Below, one piece after another: positions 11,901-24,800 of a DNA stretch of 64,000 nt. The position numbers and the translations under genes are program-made. The notes under the pieces are model-generated. The model saw only the letters and a list, made by a program, of their open reading frames with translations. It did no database searches and was not told where the DNA came from. How positions within the stretch are numbered: position 1 is the stretch's first letter; each line of letters begins with the position of its first letter. This stretch comes from Octopus vulgaris. Taxonomy: Eukaryota. The stretch is taken from assembly GCA_951406725.2 (NCBI GenBank), contig OX597826.1:75950001-76014000 (forward strand). The letters run 5' to 3'.

Positions 11901-14900
11901 GATGGTATTCCATTCCACCACCACCCTGTAGCACTGCATCTCTATTCCATCACAACCATCTGTGTAATGAGAGAAGACATGAGAAGCATTTCAATTCAAC
12001 AACGCCCTACCAATACCACTCTTTGCTCCTGGGTATCACCCTCCTCACCATCACCCTTAGTGGTGGCATCCGTCCCTTTCTTTCATAATTATCTGTCATT
12101 ATTGTTATCCTGCAATCCTCCTCCCTCCTTCTCTCCCCCTCACACACACACACACACACACACGCATACATGTCACTTACTTTTATTCCTCAAGGTCTGT
12201 TTCTCAGGTGATGTTGTCGGAGGTTTTTTGTACCGAGAAGGTGAGGATTTGTCTTGCGGTACACCTGAGAGAACAAAAGAATTTCATAATTTACAGGTAA
12301 TTCTGAACAACAACAACTTCAAAGGAAACCGGAAGAAAAACAGAAGGAAGAAACAAAAGAATGGAAAGTAAAAAAATAGAAAAAGAGTTAAATCTCTTTA
12401 CAAACACCAACCAATGGTATGGTCACTCAGAAAAAAAAAAAATCTATGTAGTGCTTTTAACATTCCAGTGAAACGATAAGGAAAATGGTCATCTGTGGAT
12501 GGTACCCAGTTATTGGAGCAGTACCTAGGTACCACACATAACCACACATCCGTTGACCAGGGTCTAAAGGGTTGTTTTAAGATTCTCATAATGCATCAAC
12601 ATCATCGTCACTTTCCCATGTTTGCATGCGTTGGATGGAGTTTATTGAGAGATATTTTCTACAGCTTTATGCCCTTTTGTCAGTGACAAGGGTGGGAAGT
12701 AAAGTAAAGGGACCTTCTCAAGTTATGCTGAGTCATAAGGACCAGTTTCCTGGTTCCCATGGTGTATAAATTCCCCTCTTGGATAGGACGCCAGTCCATC
12801 GCAGAGTTACTCATTTTTGCCATTTGAGTGGACTGGAGCAGTGTGAAATGAAGTGTTTTGATCAAGGACACAGTGCGTTACCTGGTCCAGGAATTGAAAC
12901 CACAATCTTACAATCATGAGCCCAACACCCCAACCACTAAACCATGTACCTTCACGAGGAGTGGGAGGAGTAAGGGAATAGATAAAGCCGGAATGATGAT
13001 AGAGTAAAACTTTAAATGTGGTGAGCTGGCAGAGATGTTAGCATGCCAGGCGAAATGCTTAGTGGTATATCATCTGCCGCTACATTCTGAGTTCAAATTC
13101 TGCCGAGGTCAACCTGGCCTTTCGTCCTTTCGGGGTCCATAAATTAAGTACCAGTTATGCACTGGAGTCGATATAATCAACTTAATCCGTTCATCTGTCC
13201 TTGTTTGTCCTCTCTGTGTTTAGCCCCTTGTGGGTAGTAAAGAAATAGGTATTTCGTCTATCTTTACGTTATGAGTTCAAATTTCATTGAGGTCATCTTT
13301 GCCTTTCATCCTTTCTGGGTCGATAAATTAAGTACCAGTTACGCACTGGGTCAATCTAATTGACTGGGACCCCTGTCCAAAAATTTCAGGCCTTGTGCCT
13401 GAAGTAGAAAAGAATAAATGCCATTACCGAGGCGGTGAGCTGGCAGAAACGTTAGCACGCTGAGCAAAATGCTTATTGGTATTTCGTCTGTCTTTACTTT
13501 CTGAGTTCAAATTCCACCAAAGTCGACTTTGCCTTTCATCCTTTTGGGGTTTATAAATTATCAGTTGTGTACTGGGGTCAATCTAATCGACTTCTCCCCC
13601 ACCTCCCCCAAAATTTTGGGCCTTGGAGTAAAACTTGATGACTATATGTGTATTTGTTAACCTACTTTCTCTTTTGTAGTTCAATGTATGTTTAGCAGTT
13701 GGTGATGGTTGAGGTTTCTTCCGTTTTAAAGGTGAGGACTTTTCTTGGGGTACACCTGAAGGAAAAGAATAATAAATCTAAAGATATTTCGGGAGATAAG
13801 GAACAACAACCAAAGATAAAGGGGAAAAGGATGGAAAAGAGAGAAAAAAGAAAGGAAAATAGAAGAAAAGAGGAAGAATAGAAAGGAAAGAAAAATAATT
13901 TAAATGAATTTTCTTTTTTTCAACATGCAGAGAATAAAAGAAGAATGGCAAAATAAAATAAGAAGAAAAAAGAAGATAAAATGGTAAAACTGGTTGTTTG
14001 ACAAATTTTTTCCTGTTTTTGAAAATTTATCAGAAACATCAAAAGTTGCAGGATTATTTAGATATGATGAGATCCACACTTGCATCATCATCATGAAAGG
14101 GAGGAGGAAGATGGGAGGGAGAAGAGGAAGGTGGAGGGGTACAGTAGAAGGCTAAGGAAGGAAAAGTGAAGAGAAGGGAGAAAGGTAGAGGTAGAATGAA
14201 GAGAAGACGAATGAGAAGAGGAAGGGGATATGCAGAGGAGAAAGAGGAAGAAGATGTGTGGGGAGGAGGAACTCACTTTTACTTTTCAATGTCTGTTTAG
14301 CAGTTGGTGATGGCTGAGGTTTTTTGTGTCGTAAAGGTGATGACTTGTCTTTGGGTACATCTGAAGGTACATCTGAAGAAAAGAAAAAAAATTTCAGATT
14401 TTACAGGTATTTCCGAAAAAAAAATGAACAACGCTTATAGGCGCAGGAGTGGTTGTGTGGTAAGTAGCCAGTCGAGGCGGCGATGGCAGTGTTTGATTTA
14501 TTTAAACAGGTAAGATGACAAACCTTTATTTTTTTCTGCAGATCTGCCACCACTTTCTGGTTTCTTTACAATCTTCGTAGACTTTTTGAAAGTCTTTTCA
14601 TTCTCTTCAATAAGAGACAAGTTGGTATCAAATACATCAAAGTAGCGTGTCTGGACTGTTGGTTTATGAACCCCAAATGCAGAAATCATTTTTCTGGGCG
14701 ACTCTTTAATTTTCTCTGGACTAGCGCTGAAGCTGTCAGGAAAAAAAAAAAAAAAAGGGAAAATTCCAAATACAAATTAATAAGATCTGATAGCTTCACA
14801 ACAGACAAAGTATATCACTAACCAAGTTGTGATCTCTGTGCATCCATGTGTGTGTATTACAGAATGGACTAAACAGAACAAGATACACATGGGATGGAGA

Positions 14901-15811
14901 GTCACCAAAGAGGTCACAGGACGTGATGAAAGCTTTCAGAAAAGACACTAAAATAGGAACAATAATAAAACTGAAGTGAACACTAAGTATATACTGCAGG
15001 TGGTTAACAGACAAAAACAATATGACCATTCCCAAATATCATCATCATCATCATCGCTTAACGTCCGTTTTCCATGCTAGCATGGGTTGGATGGTTCGAC
15101 CAAGGTCTGGGAAGCCAGGTGGCTACACCAGGCTCCAGTCTGATCTGGCAATGCTTCTACAGCTGAATGCCCTTCTTAACGCCAACCATTCCGTGAGTGT
15201 AGTGGGTGCTTTTTATGTGCCACCGGCACAGGGGCCAGGCCAGGCTGGCAATGGCCACGATCGGTTAGTGCAACCATATATATATACACACACACACATA
15301 TGTAAAGTACAGTGACACATTATGGTTAACCTAGAGATACAAAAGAGATAAGAGACAACAAAAAGATAATAGAAGGAAAGAACAAAAGAAGAAATTGCGG
15401 AAGTTACCTTTCTGACACTGTCATCTTCCTCTTTTTTCTGGTTGATACAGCTTCTGGCAAAACCTGTGGAGAATATATAAGATGACATCGTAGAATATGG
15501 AATATAATTATTCACTTTTATATATATGTATATATATATATATATGCATACAGGGTGGCCCCAAATGTGGGTTTGCAGTTATCATGTAGGCACTTTAAAT
15601 TTCTTTTAAAACATTTTATTACATTTAAATTTCTATCTTTCAATTAACTAAATTAGCATAGAATAATGGTTTCATATTTTTTTTATAATTGAGATCTAAA
15701 CTGTTGATATATGAATGCGAAAGAGAGAGTTGAAGAATTGGAAATCTACTTTTGGGCCATACATGGCCTTGCTTTTTGCTTTTTGAGCCCCAAAATTAAC
15801 TAACTAACATA

Positions 15812-15842
<31 letters not shown>

Positions 15843-18800
15843 ATATATATGAGTTGATGCCAGTAGTGCCTGACTGGCTCCCATCCCAGTGCCATGTAAA
15901 AGGCATCATTCAATCTTGACCAATGCCAGTGGCACATAAAAAGCACCACCCAAGCATGGTCGACGTTAGTGCCGTCTGACTGGCTCCTGTGCCAGTGACA
16001 CGTAAAAAGCACCCACTACACTCTCGGAGTGGTTGGTGTTAGGAAGGGAAAAGCTGTAGAAACCTTGCCAGATCAGATTAGAGCATGGTGTAGCCTACTG
16101 GCTCACCAGTCCTCAGTCAAACCGTCCAACCCATGCCAGCAGGGAAAACGGATGTTAAACGATGATGATGATGATGATAAGTTTTCATCTTTAAAACCTT
16201 AAATACAAAACCTAAAGAAATATTGACCATCAGGGCACGTAAAAAGCACCATCCGATCGTGGCCGTTTGCCAGCCTCGTCTGGCACGTAAAAAGCACCCA
16301 CAACACTCATGGAGAGGTTGGCGTTAGGAAGGGCATCCAGCTGTAGAAGCCTTGCCAGATCAGACTGGAGCCTGGTGCAGCCTCCTGGCTTCCCAGACCC
16401 CAGTTGAACCGTCCAACCCATGCTAGCATGGAAAGCGGATGCTAAACGAAGATGATGATGAATTCAACGATTCTGTCAGGAAAAGATGCAGCACCAGTAA
16501 CATTCAGTAGCACTCCTAAAAAATTCACACACACACACAGTACATACATACATGCTTAAGTGAGCACGCATACATCCATCAATGCAGACTAGTTCTTTTT
16601 TGATCGAATGTGTTTGTTGTTTAAAAAATGAGATTGGATCTGTCCAAGGTTGATCTTCATTACTCACACACACAGAAATATGTGTGTGTGTGTGTGTATC
16701 ATCATCGTCATTTAACGTCCACCTTCCATGCTGGCATGGGTGGGAGATATATATATATATATATATATATATTCTTTAATTCTTTTATTTGTTTCAGTCA
16801 TTTGACTGTGGCCATGCTGAAGCATCACCTTTAGTCGAACAAACTGACCCCAGGACTTATTCTTTGTAAGCCTAGTACTTATTCTATCAGTGTCTTTTAC
16901 CGAACCACTAAGTCACAAAGATATAAACACATTATCAGTTGCCAAGTGATGTTGGGGGGGACAAACAGAGACACACACACACATATACAACGGGCTTCTT
17001 TCAGTTTCCGTCTGCTAAATCCACTCACAAGGCTTTTGTTGGCTCAAGGCTATAGTAGAAGACAGTTGCCCAAGGTGCCTTGAAGTGGGACTGAACTGGA
17101 ATCATGATTGGTAAGCAAGCTACTTACCGTACAGCCACTCTTGCACCTATATATATATATATATATACCTTTGAAATGTTTTGAGGAAGGTTTACATAAT
17201 GGATGCATTTCCTAATATGACATAATGAAATTACAGTGTATAGTGCTCAGGTGCACTACAACTCATCAAAGGTGTATGTATAGTACATAGAATTATGCAC
17301 AAAAGTCAGGAAAGTGAACAGTGTATGAGTCATGACATACGTGTGTGCATGCATATGGAGCAGGGGGATATCAGGTGTAGCATTGGCGAATTTCAGGAAA
17401 CAGGGAGGTTTTAAAGGATTACTTTTTTTTACAGACTCCGATGACTCTGAAGTAGAAATTGTGAACCACACTGACAATGTTGTAAGTATCTTTTCAATTA
17501 TTTCATTCAAATTCTTCCCATGAGACCTTTGGTGATTTGCCACACTTGAGAAGACCTCTCAAGTTGAGCGAAATCTTAGTCATGGCCAATGCCAGTGTTG
17601 CATAACTGGAACGTTGGGCAATATGCTATGCTTGAGAAGACCCCGCCAAGCCAAGTGAAATGCATTCTGCCTGGTGTGCTAACGGTTCTGCTAGTTCACC
17701 ACTGCCTTAATCCCAAATTATGTTAATAAAATTTACTTACATCTTCATTTTTTATATTGTCATTTTCTAGATCATCCTCATTTTCTTCATCATCTTCATT
17801 TTCTGGAAAACAAGATCAAAAGTAGAAATAATACATTTCTAAATCTCTCAGAGAGATTTATACAGTAGTAACATGATAAAGTGGTTGTATGTTATCAACT
17901 TAATGTGAGTCCCATGAAAGGGAATAATACTACTGCTATTTAGCCCTAGGAAGCAGCACTGCTTCCTGTCGACATTGACACATTTCCTGTGTCCTATTTT
18001 CGAAATCAGTGAATGTATTACACTTGAATTATTATATGTTTAAGGGGGCAGACAGGCATCAACAGCTAGTAAGCAATGCTACTCCAGACTGATGACAAGC
18101 AATGACTCAGAAACTAGTCTCTGGACGCTGGCTTTGCTGGGTGGAGGTGCTTATCTCCACCTTTGTAAACATAAGGACATGCCTACCTCGGTTACTATGG
18201 CATTGAGGTAGATTGGGCCACCCCCTTTGGCAGGGACAAAACCCGATTTAAAACACTTGATGATGATGATGATATATATACTGGTTAGGGATATGAAATC
18301 TGGCAGAATCTGTGAGACTGAACCCAAGACAACATAGTTGGGAAGCAAGCTTCTTAACCACCTACAGATCCATGACTTGGGGGGGGGTGATGTTGGCTAA
18401 GGAGGAGGAAGTCACCAACAGAACAGAAGTTGCTGAATTCATTCATGTAGTCACTGAGAAAGAAAGAAAAAATGAAAGAAACAATTTGGGAGAAAGAAAG
18501 AAAGTGAATGAGGGAGAGAGAAATGAGTGAAAGTGAACGAGTGAGTGAGAGAATGAGCAGGAAATACAATACCTTGACATTCCTTTGAACTTGAAAGACT
18601 CGTGTTGCCTCCATTCTTGACGGTTGTCTCTGGTTCTTCAGCTGATGGATCACAGACATTTGTGGAGAGAGATTCCTTTGCGGGGGACGAAGCAGCCTTT
18701 TGGACAAAAGATTCCTCATCTTCAGGAAAAGATTTCATACCTCGCTTACTGATGATTCTGACATTGCTGTTAGAATTAGAGGCTGCCGAAGACACTTCAG

Positions 18801-21800
18801 GTGTCTTTGCAGTGGTCACCTCCTTCTCTGAGACTATCACTTCTTGATGGTCACCGTCTTCAGAGTCAGCAGCACTAGTGTCGGCTAATGACTTCATTCC
18901 ACGTTTACTGATGACTCTTTGCACATATGAAACCCTTCAATACAAAACGAAAGCATTATTAATGAACTGTTTTCTGTATTTATTTTATTTATAGAACCGA
19001 GCGTGGCCGTTTGCCAGCCTCGTCTGGCACCTGTGTCGGTGGCACATAAAATGCACCCACTACACTCTCGGAGTGGTTGGCGTTAGGAAGGGCATTCCAG
19101 CCGTAGAAACACTGCCAGATCTGACTGGACTGGTGCAGCTTTCGGGCTCCCAGACCCCGGTTGAACCGTCCAACCCATGCTAGCATGGAAAGCGGACGTT
19201 AAATGATGATGATGATGACAGGCATTGTGTAATTGAGAAGGTTTATTAAAACAAAAAAGAAAAAAAACTCATCCCACTTTATAATGTGTCAGAATGTTCT
19301 GTGTTTTGAATAGGATGGGGGATGTGATTTGTGTATTTTTCTATTTGGTTATTAAACGAGAGCCTTTATTTGCAGATTATCCCTGTTGAAAGGCTTCTGA
19401 TAGTAAGTGTTTCATCATCATCACACACACACTACACATACAGTATGCACATTTAACACACTAATTTGGTCCGTGCAACATCTATATTCCTCCTGCCCCT
19501 GCTGCAAGGCTTTATTTCCAGTCTTTGAAAATTGGGTTTTCTGGGCTAGCATGGAGGGTTCGACAGGGATCTGGGAAGCCAGGAGACTGCACCAGGCTCC
19601 AGTCTGATCTGGTAGTGTTTCTACAGCTGGATGCCCTTCCTAACGCCAACCATTCCCTGAGTGCAGTGGGTGCTTTTTACGTGCCACCAGCACAGATGCC
19701 AGGGGAGGCTGGCAGCAGCCACGATCGGTTGGTGCTTTTTATGTGCCACCAGCATATGTATCACAACTACAATTTCCAATGATATTTATTTTGATGTACT
19801 TGACTCAATAGGTCTCCTCAAGCACAGCAGGTCATTCGGAGTTTTCTTTCCTCAGTCGAGTTCCAGATTATCTTTGCAATTTCTGCTGGTTATACTTGAG
19901 ATTGCTCTAATCTGGCCAGCCCCAAGGAAAAACTAAGCTAAGAACACTAGATTCCTTGGAAGCAACGAATGTCTATGGAAACAAGGACAGAATAAAACAG
20001 AGAAATGGTACACAAATACAAATAACAGGACATTAACAATGAGTGTCTTTCAACTAAGGACAAATTAAATTAAGCTGGCGTGCGTGTGTGGAAGTAAAGC
20101 CTTACGGCAGGGACAGGGAGGAATATAGATGTTGCACGGATGGTAGTCGAACCAAATTAGTGTGTGCTTTATGTGCATATGTATGTGTGTGTGTGTGTAT
20201 GCATACACATACAATATATTCTCTTTTATCCAAGAACTTAAAAATAAGAAGAAACACTTACTCTTCAGAAGCGTTTGAACAAGAATCTGTCATTGACTCA
20301 ACAGGAAATGATAATCTGCAAATAAAAGGCTCTCGTTTAATAACCAAATAGAAAAATACACCTCAAAATACACCCCACATCCCCCAGTCCTATAGAAATA
20401 TATCCCTCAAAACACAGAACATTCTGACACATTATAAAGTGGGATGAGTTTTTTTCTTTTTTGTTTTAATAAACCTTCTCAATTACACAATGCCTGTACG
20501 ACATTTTACAACTCTCCCTCTCCATCCCCCACTCCATATCAACATCCTCTCCTTCATTTTAAGGCTTTGTCTTTCATCCTCACCATCATCGTTTAACGTC
20601 CGCTTTCCATGCTAGCATGGGTTGGACGGTTTTGACTGAGGGCTGGCGAACCAGATGGCTGCACCAGGCTCCAATCTTGATCTGGCAGAGTTTCTACAGC
20701 TGGATGCCCTTCCTGACGCCAACCACTCCGAGAGTGTAGTGTGTGGTTTTTACGTGCCACCAGCACGAGGGCCAGTCAGGCGGTACTGGCAACGACCTCG
20801 CTCGAATCTTTTTACACATGCCACTGGCACAGGTGCCAGTAAGGCGACGCTGGTAACGATCACGCTCGAATGGTGCTTTTTATGTGCCACTGACACGGAA
20901 GCCAGTTAGCCGCTCTGGCAACGATCATGCTCAGATGGTGCTCTTGGCACCCTACTGGCATGGGCACATGTGCCAGTAAGGTGACGCTGGTAACGATCAC
21001 ACTCGAATGGTGCCTTTTATGTGCCAATTTTCTATAACATAATATATATCTTATAATTCTTGAATAGCTTGACCCCCAATTCTACCCCTAAAATACTCTT
21101 CTTGCTACAGTCTTTAATAAACAACCCAGAAATTAGGACAAAACATCGAAGTAAATCACCAACATCATCAGCATTTAACATCCTTTTTCCCCATGCTGAC
21201 CTGGTTTGGATGGTTTAACAGGAACCAACAAGCCAGATGACTGTGCCTAGCTCCTACTTTGTCCTGGTCTCTATGGCTGGGTGCCCTTCATAAGACTAAT
21301 CACTTTACAAAGTGTACTGAGTGCTTTTTTCATGACACAAGCACAAGTGATGTTTCGCAAATACCTAAAAGACAAGATCCCTTCAACCAAAAGGGAAATG
21401 GTATCGAAAGAAATGAAATTATGATAGAGGGACAGAAACAGGCCTTACTCAATATCATTTGTTTCTAACATAAGCACATGCCCTGAAATTTCATGGAGGG
21501 ATTTTATGATAATAGAATTTATTTTTAAGCTTACCTTTTCCTGGAAGGGAAATTTGAGAGAGAAAGAGGGGACACACTACTCTTGGCATCATCATCTGCT
21601 GCAGGTTTTACAGCCACTATTTTCTGAAATAAACAAAAATATTAATATCTAAATAAATAATTCACATAATAGATATTCTTTTCTACTGTAGGCACAAGGC
21701 CTAAAATTTTAGGGGAGGGGGCCAATCGATTAGATCGACCCCAATAGGCAACTGGTACTTAATTTATTGACCCTAAAAGGATGAAAGGTAACATCAACCT

Positions 21801-24800
21801 TGGCAGAATTTGAACACAGAACATATAGATAGATGAAATACCTATTTCTTTACTACCCACAAGGGGCTAGACACAAAGACAAACAAGGACAGACAAACGG
21901 ATTAAGTCGATTATATCGACTCCAGTGCGTAACTAGTACTTATTTAATCAACTCCGAAAGGATAAAAGGCAAAGTCGACCTTGGCGGAATTTGAACTCAG
22001 AACATAACGGCAGACGAAATACGGCTACGCATTTCGCCCACGTGCTAACGTTTCTGCCAGCTCGCCACCTTATCAACATAATAGATATTAATATAATAAT
22101 CCTGTTGCAATTTTTTGTTTTTTTATGACTTGACCATAGGAAGAAAAGAGAACATCTGTGACCCCTTCTAACCTGATGAGAGAAGAAGAAGAAATTATGC
22201 TCAGAGGAAATTCTGTTAAAAGTACTCAAGGATCAGGTGGTGATGGGCAACAGATTAAGTTAATCACAAAAGAGCAGGTCCTGCCTGTACCATGGACTTC
22301 CACAGTTTGCCTGCCACTCACATGAGGCAATCATGTAGCAAGGGTTCTAAGTGATTGCGGTGGAAGGTTGGCAAAGAAAATTCTGGTACCTCCACCATAA
22401 CTACTAAAAGCCATGATGAACCGTTTTCTCTCACAAGCCTTTAGTACGTCTGGAGCCATAGTAGAGGGTATTTACCTGAGGTTCCACATAGTGGGGACTG
22501 AACCCAAAACCATATGGTTGGGAAGCAAGCTTCACCACACAGCAACATGGGAAAATATCATCATCCTCATTTAATGTCCATTTTCAATGCTGGCATGGTT
22601 TGAATATTATCATCATCATCGTTTAACGTCCGTTTTCCGCGCTAGCATGGGTTGGACGGTTCGACCGGGGTCTGGGAAGCCAGGGGCTGCACCAGGCTCC
22701 AGTCTTATCTGGCAGTGTTTCTACAGCTTGATGCCCTTCCTAATGCCAACCACTCCGCGAGTGTAGTGGGTGCTTTTTACGTGCCACCTGCACAGGTGCC
22801 AGGGGGGGTCCAGCATCGGCCACGATCGGTTGGAGCTTTTAACGTGCCACCGGCACAGAAGCCAGCCAAGGCGGTGCTGGCAACGGCCACTGAAAACTAG
22901 TAAGCTGGGAGCTGCACCAGGTTCCAATCTGATTTGGCCTGGTTTCTACGGCTGGATGCCCTTCCTAATGCCAACCACTCCAAGAGTGTAGTAAGTGCTT
23001 CTACGTGTCACTGGCACGGGTGCCAGTTATGTGACACTGGCATTGGCCATGGCTATGATTTCCCTCAGCTTGAGAGGTCTTCCCAAGCGTGGCACATCAC
23101 CAAAGGTCTCATGGGAAGAATTTGAATGGAAAAATTGAAAAGATACTTACAACATTGTCAGCGTGGTTCACAATTTCTACATCAGAGTCATCGGAGTCTG
23201 TAAAAAAGTAACAAAATAACTTATAAATCAATTAACCTTTACATGGTTATGTTCTTAATGAAGCAGACTACCTGTGTTAGGAAAAGCTGTGGTAAGAAAC
23301 TCGCTTCACAGCCACATGGTTCCAGGTTCAGTCCTACTGCAGGGCACTTTGGCCAAGTGTCTTCTACTATAACCCTGGGTCGACCAAAGCCTTCTGAGTG
23401 GATTTGGTGGAAAAAAAAAACTGAAAGAAACCCGTCATGTGTGTGTGTGTTTGTCCTTCACTACTGCTTGACAGCCAGTGTTGGTGTGTTTACATCCCTG
23501 TAACTAAGTGGTTCAGCAAAAGAGATGGATACAATAAGTATCAAAAATAAATAACTAGTGGGGTCGATTCACTCGACTAAAGATTCTTCAAGGCAGTACT
23601 CCAGCATGGCCACATTCTAATGACTGAAACAAGTTAAAGATACTATAATCAAAACCTCGCAGGTTTTCGTAAAATATCTGAAACTGAATAGATTAGGTTT
23701 TGTTGTTGTTAAGCATTAAGGTCTGATAGAGCAGACCTATGGCCGAAAGCAGTCCAATCATGACCATCAAGAGGTATGCAGGATTATCTGCTTTGTCTTT
23801 TCTTTTACAAAAACAGCAGTTATTGGTGAGGGAAGGGGAGTGTCAGCTAAGGTATTGTTTAGCCCCCATATATACGACAGGCTTCTTTCAGTTTTCGTCT
23901 ACCAAATCCACTCACAAGGCATTGGTCGGCCCGGGGCTATAGTAGAAGACACTTGCCCAAGATGCCACGCAGTGGGACTGAACCCGGAACCATGTGGTTG
24001 GTAAGCAAGCTACTTACCACACAGCCACTCCTGCGCCTATGAGTTTTTGCTTGCTGAGTTTTTTTTTTTCTCTTTTAAAACAATTAGATGTGGTTTGAAA
24101 GAGATTTGGCTGCTATTTCTAGCAGATTGCATGATCATTTAGAAGATGTTTCTGTGTCTCATGTAGACATACAAGAGGAGGAAATAATTAAAAGAATATA
24201 ATTGGATGTGTTTCTCGTTACCAGTTTCTGTAAAATAGTCATCGAAATTTTCAAATCCGTCTTCATCAATTCGAATACGTTTCCCTTCCAAAATACCCTT
24301 TCCTAGGTTTCTGAAAACAACAAAAATAATTCATTTTAACAACACTCAATTAGCAATAATTACAAATATAGTTAATTGTTAATTAATTTTTATGATATAA
24401 ACATTTTAGTTCCATTTTCCTTTTTCCTCTCTGATATCCATTCCACCTGCGCAAGCATGAAGAAATCATCATCATCATCATTTAACGTCCGCTTTCCATG
24501 CTAGCATGGGTTGGACGGTTCAACTGGGGTCTGGCAGGCCCGAAGGCTGCACCAGGCCAGTCAGATCTGGCAGTGTTTCTACAGCTGGATGCCCTTCCTA
24601 ACGCCAACCACTCCGAGAGTGTAGTGGGTGATTTTATGTGCCATCGACACAGGTGCCAGACGAGGCTGGCAGACGGCCACGCTCGGATGGTGTTTTCTTA
24701 TGTATCACCGACACAGGTGCCAGACGAGGCTGGCGAACGGCCACGCTCGGATGGTGTTTGTTACGTGCCCTCAGCACGGAGGCCAGTCGATGCGGTACTG

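Noticed and set aside
11547-12371. 274-aa plus-strand ORF
   Set aside because: It is a chance read-through of a SINE, microsatellites and the antisense of repeat exon R3
17435-17481. Plus-strand exon of a separate gene
   Set aside because: It is the inverted copy of exon 3 and has no partner plus-strand exons
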